From NCBI GenBank assembly GCA_030065175.1, contig JASJDH010000001.1, positions 854 through 64,853 of the forward strand: DNA of 64,000 nucleotides, given 5' to 3'. Source of the DNA: Leptolyngbyaceae cyanobacterium MO_188.B28 (GTDB taxonomy: Bacteria; Cyanobacteriota; Cyanobacteriia; Phormidesmidales; Phormidesmidaceae). The translations under genes and the position numbers were made by a program. Every line of letters begins with the position of its first letter. Within the stretch, counting starts at the first letter, position 1. The notes under the pieces are model-generated. The model saw only the letters and a list, made by a program, of their open reading frames with translations. It was not told the origin of the DNA and did no database searches. Below are positions 9,666 through 16,698 of this stretch, piece by piece.

Positions 9666-10631
9666 ATGAGAATTTTAGTCACAGGTGGCGCTGGCTTCAT
9701 TGGGTCTCATCTAATTGATCGACTCATGGAAGCTGGACACGAGGTGATTTGTCTAGACAACTTTTACACAGGCCATAAGCGGAACATCCTCCGCTGGTTG
9801 AATAATCCTTACTTTGAACTCATTCGTCACGATATTACTGAGCCTATAAGACTTGAGGCCGACCAGATTTATCACCTGGCGTGTCCCGCCTCCCCCATTC
9901 ACTACCAATACAACCCGGTCAAAACTATTAAAACAAATGTCATGGGGACGCTGAACATGCTCGGTTTGGCTAAGCGAGTCAAGGCTCGGTTCCTTTTGGC
10001 GTCTACTTCAGAAGTTTATGGGGATCCTGAAGTTCATCCCCAGACAGAAGACTATCGCGGCAATGTTAACCCCATTGGGATTCGCAGTTGCTATGACGAA
10101 GGTAAGCGAGTCGCGGAAACCCTTGCTTTTGATTATCACCGCCAAAATGATGTTGACATTCGGGTTGCTCGTATTTTCAATACCTATGGTCCTAGGATGT
10201 TGGAGCATGATGGTCGAGTGGTCAGCAACTTCGTTGTTCAGTCATTGTTAGGCCAGGCGTTAACGGTTTATGGCGATGGCTCCCAAACCCGCAGTTTTTG
10301 CTACGTCTCAGACCTTGTAGAGGGGTTAATGCGCCTGATGAACGGCGACCATATTGGTCCCGTGAACTTGGGTAATCCTGATGAGTACACAATTTTAGAG
10401 CTGGCCCAAGCCATTCAAAATAAGGTGAATCCGGAAGCGGTCCTGAAGTTTGAACCGCTGCCTCAGGATGATCCGCGCCGTCGTAAACCCGACATTACTC
10501 GCGCCAAAACTTGGTTAGGGTGGGGGCCTAAGGTGCCCTTATCGGAAGGGTTAGAGTTGACTATTCAGGATTTTCGCCAACGGCTTGAGGGAGAAAACCG
10601 CTTGCTAACCCAGTCTGCCGCGTCCCTGTAG
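9666..10631 (+). CDS. UDP-glucuronate decarboxylase (UDP-xylose synthase), SDR family
   Basis: 321 aa. [31 protein letters not shown] and YDEGKRVAE (YxxxK) give a close motif match to UXS-type enzymes. Confidence 0.9.
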   Translation: MRILVTGGAGFIGSHLIDRLMEAGHEVICLDNFYTGHKRNILRWLNNPYFELIRHDITEPIRLEADQIYHLACPASPIHYQYNPVKTIKTNVMGTLNMLGLAKRVKARFLLASTSEVYGDPEVHPQTEDYRGNVNPIGIRSCYDEGKRVAETLAFDYHRQNDVDIRVARIFNTYGPRMLEHDGRVVSNFVVQSLLGQALTVYGDGSQTRSFCYVSDLVEGLMRLMNGDHIGPVNLGNPDEYTILELAQAIQNKVNPEAVLKFEPLPQDDPRRRKPDITRAKTWLGWGPKVPLSEGLELTIQDFRQRLEGENRLLTQSAASL

Positions 10632-10793
10632 AAACTTTGTATTTAGGTGAGACGCCTTGATTAGCTTCGCCCTTTCATTCTTAATACTTTCTTTTTCAAG
10701 AAGTTTACTGATTGGGCGGCGGCTTACCAATGCTTAATAAAGCTTTTTTTGATTGCTGACTCGTCAAACTCATTCTTTTAGAGGATTAAACCT

Positions 10794-12182
10794 ATGCGTG
10801 TTTGTGTTATTGGAACGGGATACGTCGGCTTGGTGACCGGTGTCTGTCTCTCTCATATTGGGCACGAGGTTATTTGCATCGACAATAATGAAGAAAAAGT
10901 AAAATTAATGAAGTCAGGGCAGTCCCCCATCTATGAGCCGGGACTTTCAGAACTGATGCAATCGTCGATGCAGTCTGGGCGGTTGTCGTTTTCGACGGAC
11001 CTGGCGGAAGGGGTCGCTCATGGCGAAATTCTGTTTATCGCGGTAGGGACGCCTGCACTGCCTAATGGAGAAAGTGACACCCGCTATGTTGAGGCGGTGG
11101 CTCGCGGGATTGGCGCGAATCTCAACGGCGGCTATAAGGTGATTGTGAATAAATCTACAGTGCCTATTGGTTCGGGGGATTGGGTGCGGATGATTGTGCT
11201 GGATGGCATTGCTGAACGCCAGAAGGTTTTGGTGGGGGCTGGCGGCGCTCCTGTGGATGCGCCCCCGAGTATTGAGGCTGATTTTGACGTGGTCAGCAAT
11301 CCTGAATTTTTGCGGGAAGGGTCGGCGGTGTATGACACCTTTAATCCGGATCGGATTGTACTAGGCAGCAATAATCCCAAAGCGATTCAAATGATGAATG
11401 AGCTGTATACGCCCCTGGTTGAACGGACCTTTGCGGAAGATACTTCTTTGCCGCCTGTTCCTGTGGTGGTGACTGATTTAAGCTCGGCGGAAATGGTGAA
11501 GTATGCTTCCAACTCCTTCTTGGCCGCTAAGATTAGTTTTATTAATGAGGTGGCGAATATTTGCGATCGCGTCGGCGCCGATGTGACTCAAGTCGCTCAG
11601 GGGATTGGCCTTGACTCACGAATTGGATCGAAATTCCTGCAAGCGGGAATTGGTTGGGGCGGCTCCTGCTTCCCGAAAGATGTGTCGGCGTTGATCCACA
11701 CCGCTGATGATTATGGTTATGAAGCTCAGCTGCTCAAAGCCGCTGTCAGCGTCAACCAGCGTCAGCGGCTAATCACCCTGGAGAAGTTGCAGCAAGTCCT
11801 CAAGATTCTCAAGGGTAAAACGGTGGGGCTGTTGGGGCTAACCTTCAAGCCGGATACGGATGATATGCGGGATGCGCCCGCGCTTGATTTGATAGAACAA
11901 CTGAATCGACTCGGGGCTAAAGTGAAAGCCTACGATCCGATTGTGTCCCAGAGCGGGATGCGCCATGGGTTGTCGGGAGTCATTGTCGAAACGGATCCAG
12001 AACGTCTGGCGGACGGCTGTGATGCTTTGGTGCTGGTGACCGACTGGAAGAAATTCCAAAAATTGGATTACGACAAGATGGCTAAGTTAATGCATTCGCC
12101 TATCCTGATCGATGGACGTAATTTCCTAGATCAAGCGCAGTTGGAAGAGGCTGGTTTCCGTTATATGGGGATTGGTCGATAA
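10794..12182 (+). CDS. ugd: UDP-glucose 6-dehydrogenase
   Basis: 462 aa. VIGTGYVGLVTG, NPEFLREGSA and GWGGSCFPKD (catalytic Cys), with the C-terminal UDP-binding domain. Confidence 0.93.
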   Translation: MRVCVIGTGYVGLVTGVCLSHIGHEVICIDNNEEKVKLMKSGQSPIYEPGLSELMQSSMQSGRLSFSTDLAEGVAHGEILFIAVGTPALPNGESDTRYVEAVARGIGANLNGGYKVIVNKSTVPIGSGDWVRMIVLDGIAERQKVLVGAGGAPVDAPPSIEADFDVVSNPEFLREGSAVYDTFNPDRIVLGSNNPKAIQMMNELYTPLVERTFAEDTSLPPVPVVVTDLSSAEMVKYASNSFLAAKISFINEVANICDRVGADVTQVAQGIGLDSRIGSKFLQAGIGWGGSCFPKDVSALIHTADDYGYEAQLLKAAVSVNQRQRLITLEKLQQVLKILKGKTVGLLGLTFKPDTDDMRDAPALDLIEQLNRLGAKVKAYDPIVSQSGMRHGLSGVIVETDPERLADGCDALVLVTDWKKFQKLDYDKMAKLMHSPILIDGRNFLDQAQLEEAGFRYMGIGR

Positions 12183-12215
12183 GCGTCATTAGGACAGGAT
12201 AACCCCAGATAGCTT

Positions 12216-12247
12216 GTAGGGGCGCACATCTGTGCGCCCCTACTTTT
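12216..12247 (+). terminator. Rho-independent terminator downstream of ugd
   Basis: A perfect 13-bp stem GTAGGGGCGCACA / TGTGCGCCCCTAC (12216-12228 / 12231-12243) with a 2-nt loop, followed by TTTT. It lies 34 nt after the ugd stop. Confidence 0.75.
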
Positions 12248-12602
12248 GGTTAATAGGATTTTATTGGGAAGCCTCTACAATCTATTGCAAGGGTAGATTC
12301 GTTAAAGACATTTCCCTTCCCCTCATTGCTACAAAAGGGTGAATCTATCAGGAGGTTATGCGCCTCTGTTTCACTAGAGACTGATCGGATTTATCTGACG
12401 GTTTTACTTTCTCTATACGCTTCATCGTCGCCTTTTGTAGAGGCTGAATCGTTGTCCTATCAGCCTTCTGAGGAATTTACGTAGGATCACCCATGGCCAG
12501 AATGGGTAATCTAAGTGGTACCACTCATGAAAATAAGTGAAAATAACCAATAAAATCCCGTTGAATGCCCAATTGGAAAAGGGTGAATCGAGGGGTTTTA
12601 GG

Positions 12603-13760
12603 ATGACCTTCACACAGCAGCGCACTCTGCCCGATGAATCATCGAATTATGGGATTTTATCTTATTGCATTGAAAAGTCATTGAAAATACATTTAGATCA
12701 GGTGATTCAGGGTTTAGATGGAATCGCCGCCCGATTAGGTTATTACGAATCCCCTGGTCAAAAATATAAATGGATGACTTGTTTGGCTGAGCAGACGGTG
12801 GACTTTGATCTGCAGGTCAATCCCCCTCATAGTGTTTTGGAAGGGCTGGAAGAAGAGGTGAGTGGGTTATCTGTCCTAGAGTCTATTGAGTTGACTCGAG
12901 GGCCGAGGAAATTTAAAAAACTTCAAAATCAGATTTCTGTTCATCTGTATGCTTGTCTGCTTGAGAAAAGTTTTTCAGGTGAAGAATATCTATTGCTCTG
13001 GATAAATCGTCCTTTAACCAAAAGGCAGGAAAAATGGTTTGAAAATCAGGCGAAATTGATCGGTAACTACTTGTCGCTATATCACGATTTAAGTTGTCAA
13101 CAAATTAAGAGTCAGCTTTTAGAACAAGCCATCCAAAAATCTGTCCACCAACTTCGAAATCCGTTGGCTTTGATGGAGATTTACACCGATGCGCTGATCT
13201 TAAATTTATCAACGCTGCCGGTGCGCTCTCAAGTGGTTCAGTTCCAGGAAATTTTGGGTGAAATTAATATGCAGTTGGAAGCATTGTCGGAATGCGGCCA
13301 ACAAGCAAATCTACGATTAGCTCAGTATGATGTTCGCTCAGTTTTTCTAGATAGTCTTAAATATGTTCAGCCTTGGTTGACTCAGAAACAAATTCAAGTT
13401 TTCGCTCCAGCTTCCTCGATTCAAATCACCATGGATCAGTGGCAAATTCGGCAAGTTTTCGATAATTTGCTCCGCAACGCCATTCATTTCAGCCCAAAGC
13501 TTGGGGTCATTACCTGCCACTGGAAAAGTTTCCAAGAAGAGGTTCTGATTGAAATTGCCGATCAAGGGCCGGGCCTCTCGGAAACAGATTTGAAACAAAT
13601 CTTTAATCCCTTCTATTCTCGCTGTGACGGGGGGACAGGTCTCGGACTGGCGATCGTTCAGAAGATTGTGCTTGACCATCAAGGCCAATGCTGGGCTCAA
13701 AATTTGCCGGAGGGTGGCGCGAAATTCTCATTTACGCTCAAGCTGAAATTGCCTGTATAG
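12603..13760 (+). CDS. sensor histidine kinase (soluble; N-domain unassigned)
   Basis: H-box VHQLRNPLALMEIY, N-box DNLLRNAIHFS, G-boxes DQGPGL and GGTGLGLAIVQKIV. The ORF track starts at GTG 12537. The ATG at 12603 is preferred, but the start is uncertain. Confidence 0.8.
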   Translation: MTFTQQRTLPDESSNYGILSYCIEKSLKIHLDQVIQGLDGIAARLGYYESPGQKYKWMTCLAEQTVDFDLQVNPPHSVLEGLEEEVSGLSVLESIELTRGPRKFKKLQNQISVHLYACLLEKSFSGEEYLLLWINRPLTKRQEKWFENQAKLIGNYLSLYHDLSCQQIKSQLLEQAIQKSVHQLRNPLALMEIYTDALILNLSTLPVRSQVVQFQEILGEINMQLEALSECGQQANLRLAQYDVRSVFLDSLKYVQPWLTQKQIQVFAPASSIQITMDQWQIRQVFDNLLRNAIHFSPKLGVITCHWKSFQEEVLIEIADQGPGLSETDLKQIFNPFYSRCDGGTGLGLAIVQKIVLDHQGQCWAQNLPEGGAKFSFTLKLKLPV

Positions 13761-13812
13761 AAGGCTTAGGGTCTTTGCGTCTGTTCAGTGTCATTCATAA
13801 TAATTAACAGCT

Positions 13813-14544
13813 ATGGCTTCATCTTCCAAGACGGTTCTGCTGGATGCTCCAACCTTAGTCTCTCACCAACCAATCTCCGTTCTGTTGGTTGATGATGACC
13901 CTCGGTTTCGTCAGGGCTTGCGGACCTTGCTGACGTTTTACAACTCAATTGGCTCCGAAAAATTCAGCTTGGTGGGTGAAGCCGCGACTGCGGACCAAGC
14001 CCTTCACTTAGTGCACACCCAACGTCCAATGCTCGTCTTACTGGACTTGGAAATGCCTGCGGGGGATGGCATTGAGGTGCTTAAGCGTTTGTCGGATGCG
14101 CCTTACTCCAGCAAAGTCTTAGTCCTCTCGGCTCATCATGAGGATGAATGGGTGTTTAGAGCGATGCAGGCGGGAGCAAATGGCTACCTCTGTAAACACA
14201 ACCTCTCAGGGCAGCTTTCTGATGCGATGGAAACCCTGCTGAGGGGGCAGGTTTATCTTTCCTCTGAAACATTAACCAGTTTTTTCCGGTTGTTCCGGTT
14301 CTACGCGGGGCGATCGCTAGAAGCGGCCCGCAAGTTTAAGCTGACTCAGCGAGAGCAAGAAGTTCTGCATTGGTTAGTTCAAGGCGCTTCCAACGAGGAA
14401 ATCGCCTCTAATCTCTACATCACAGTGGCTACGGTTAAAGCTCACCTGACCGCAATTTTCCAAAAACTTTCGGTTGCTAGCCGCACCCAGGCCATCATCA
14501 AAGCGCTAAAACTGGGCCTTATCAGTGGGATGCAGCAACCCTAG
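13813..14544 (+). CDS. NarL/LuxR-family response regulator (REC + HTH_LuxR)
   Basis: 243 aa. VLLVDDDP, LVLLDLEMPAGDG, VLVLSAH and YLCKH form a canonical receiver. C-terminal LTQREQEVLHWLVQGASNEEIASNLYITVATVKAHL is a LuxR-type HTH. Confidence 0.9.
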   Translation: MASSSKTVLLDAPTLVSHQPISVLLVDDDPRFRQGLRTLLTFYNSIGSEKFSLVGEAATADQALHLVHTQRPMLVLLDLEMPAGDGIEVLKRLSDAPYSSKVLVLSAHHEDEWVFRAMQAGANGYLCKHNLSGQLSDAMETLLRGQVYLSSETLTSFFRLFRFYAGRSLEAARKFKLTQREQEVLHWLVQGASNEEIASNLYITVATVKAHLTAIFQKLSVASRTQAIIKALKLGLISGMQQP

Positions 14545-15462
14545 CTACTCCCATTGTTTTTGCCGTTGTTCATTCACGAAGGCTTCGGCTTGGTCGATAC
14601 TGGCAAATCTGCCGGGATATCTGTCGATTAAGACCATAGCCAAATGATGGCAGTCTCTATTTTGATTGATATTAATGCCATCGGGAAGTGGAGAATTACA
14701 AATAAATGGCGGCGCTTCTCCCTCTAACTGCGCTTGGGTTAAATCTTTGGCGGTTCTAAAGTCAGTATTCAGGAAGATGGCGTTGCTCAAAACAGCGTTA
14801 CCAAAGTTGGTGTCGTTGATATTGGCGGAAAAGAAGATGGCATAGCGGAGAACTGCGTGGAAGAGGTCAGCGTGGAAGAGGTCGGTTTTGCTGAGGTCGG
14901 CATGGAAGAGATCGGCGTTACGGAGGTTAGCGTCGCTGAGGTTTGCAGAAGCAAGAACCGCATAGCGGAGATCGGCGTTATGCAGATCGGACTGATAGAG
15001 ATCGGCTTCGCTTAAGTCGGCGTAGAAGAGGTCAACTTCACTGAGGTCGGCGTCGCTGAGGTTGGCGTCGCTGAGGTTGGCGTTGCTCAGGTCGGCGTCG
15101 CTAAGGTCAGCGGAAAAGAGGACGGCGTCGCGGAGGCGAGCGTCGCGGAGATGGGCGTGGCGAAGATGGGCGTAGCGCAGTTTAGCGCCCTCTAACGAGG
15201 CTTGAAATAGGGATCGACAGTTGCCAAACAGCCGTTCTGAAAAATAGGCGGGCAGCCACTTTATTTGTTCTTGAACAGCACAGCCCTTCACTAAATCTTC
15301 GACGGCTTTTTTCTCTGTATATAGTCCATTTTGAACAAGTTCCGTCTGATTCGCTTTAACGCTGGCTTCACGGAGTTTATGTTCGATCACCCCAACGACA
15401 ACCAATATCGGGATAATCATCCAACTTGCAAGTTTGATCGGATTCCTAAGTATTTTCACCAC
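14545..15462 (-). CDS. pentapeptide-repeat protein with N-terminal transmembrane anchor
   Basis: 305 aa. N-terminal helix WMIIPILVVVGVI, then a long run of A(D/N)LS(D/N)-type pentapeptides (ADLSDADLSNANLSDANLSDADLSEVDL...). Confidence 0.85.
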   Translation of the reverse strand: MVKILRNPIKLASWMIIPILVVVGVIEHKLREASVKANQTELVQNGLYTEKKAVEDLVKGCAVQEQIKWLPAYFSERLFGNCRSLFQASLEGAKLRYAHLRHAHLRDARLRDAVLFSADLSDADLSNANLSDANLSDADLSEVDLFYADLSEADLYQSDLHNADLRYAVLASANLSDANLRNADLFHADLSKTDLFHADLFHAVLRYAIFFSANINDTNFGNAVLSNAIFLNTDFRTAKDLTQAQLEGEAPPFICNSPLPDGININQNRDCHHLAMVLIDRYPGRFASIDQAEAFVNEQRQKQWE

Positions 15463-15689
15463 TACGCTACACTATTCATTACGTTGTTAGGTTTTAAATA
15501 GTCACTTACACTTAAATAGTCACCCCTCTAGGGGGTGTGGTATATGAACCCGTTATCAAGCGTTTTCACCTAAAGGGGATAGCTAGTCTAAAAAACGTTT
15601 CAAAGAAAGGCTTTATAGACAAGTAGTATTCATTTCTTCTAGAGAATTAAGGACGATTCAGTGATCCGTCGTCACTAGGTTTGAGGCTG

Positions 15690-15723
15690 GTGTATGCATA
15701 TGCTTTGTGTATGCATATGCTTC
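15690..15723. repeat. 17-bp tandem duplication (GTGTATGCATATGCTT[T/C]) x2
   Basis: 15690-15706 and 15707-15723 match at 16 of 17 positions. Each unit contains the palindrome GCATATGC. Confidence 0.85.
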
Positions 15724-15911
15724 AAAGGGGGGAGGGTACAATATATAAAAATATTCAAGCCTAACTTTAATTTCCCATTATTTCCTCGAGTCCTGGTGCT
15801 CACTACTGCCAAGTGGTTAGCCAATTGGATAATTTTTTAGTGTATTGGATACAGCGGGATTGGGGAGAATATTGGGTTATAAACTTTAGTTTAGGAAGGT
15901 AGATCGTTAGA

Positions 15912-15947
15912 AAGCTCCAGATTTCTTCCAAATGAAATCTGGAGCTT
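15912..15947 (-). terminator. candidate terminator hairpin downstream of the 16061-19512 gene pair
   Basis: A perfect 14-bp stem (15912-15925 / 15934-15947, AAGCTCCAGATTTC) with an 8-nt loop, about 115 nt past the stop at 16061. The trailing U-tract on the minus strand is weak (TTCTAAC). Confidence 0.45.
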
Positions 15948-16060
15948 CTGAGTCAGAGGCTTCCTGGCCGCAAGTTTTGCGATCATGTGCAGAGGACAAT
16001 AGTCTGACTAGGAGATTCACCTTCGGTTGAAGGTGCTTCTCTTCAGAGATCTCAGGAAAA

Positions 16061-16510
16061 TCAGCTAACCTCTGCAGGTTCTTTTGACTGGGCGACGCTA
16101 TTGGCAGGGGGTGTGGCGTTAGCGGTTGCAGCGGGCGAAGTGGAGGTAGACTTTGCTGCTGAGACAGCGATTTCAGTTTCTACCACTGGAATGCCCAATT
16201 GCTGCTTAGCCTGGGAGACGGTGGATACAAGCCCTTGTTTTAGGGCGGATTGTAAGGCTTTCCCCATGTCAGCTGTTGATCGATTAGCACTGGCTTCTTT
16301 CTGGCTGCTGAGCCAAGCTCGAGTGGAGCTGCCGAGGGCAATGGCCCGCTCCCCTAACACGGTAATCCATAAGAGGCACAACCACAGCAGCAGTAATAAT
16401 TCCCGGAGTATGTTCCAGGTGACTGAAACAGCGCTTTTATAGCTAGAAAACGTTTCGGGGGCATTGAGGGTTTGCCAAAACTTGGCTGCTTGGGTTTGAA
16501 TTCGACTCAT
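16061..16510 (-). CDS. hypothetical single-pass membrane protein
   Basis: 149 aa. One strong hydrophobic helix (LLLLLWLCLLWITVLG). The C-terminal tail is Ala/Ser/Thr/Pro-rich and low complexity. Confidence 0.45.
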   Translation of the reverse strand: MSRIQTQAAKFWQTLNAPETFSSYKSAVSVTWNILRELLLLLWLCLLWITVLGERAIALGSSTRAWLSSQKEASANRSTADMGKALQSALKQGLVSTVSQAKQQLGIPVVETEIAVSAAKSTSTSPAATANATPPANSVAQSKEPAEVS

Positions 16511-16698
16511 TTAAGCTGTCTCCAATATTAAACGCATTGCATTGCAGTCCAACTTTAACCTTGCTAACTTAAAATTCCCAGATGCTTAGGCGTGCTTTTC
16601 GTCATTGATGGTGACGAGGGGATCACCCAAACAGTTTCAGGGTGAAGCCGTTTGTTTAGGTTTCCACTCGTTAATTTCCCACGACCTCTTTGAACCCG

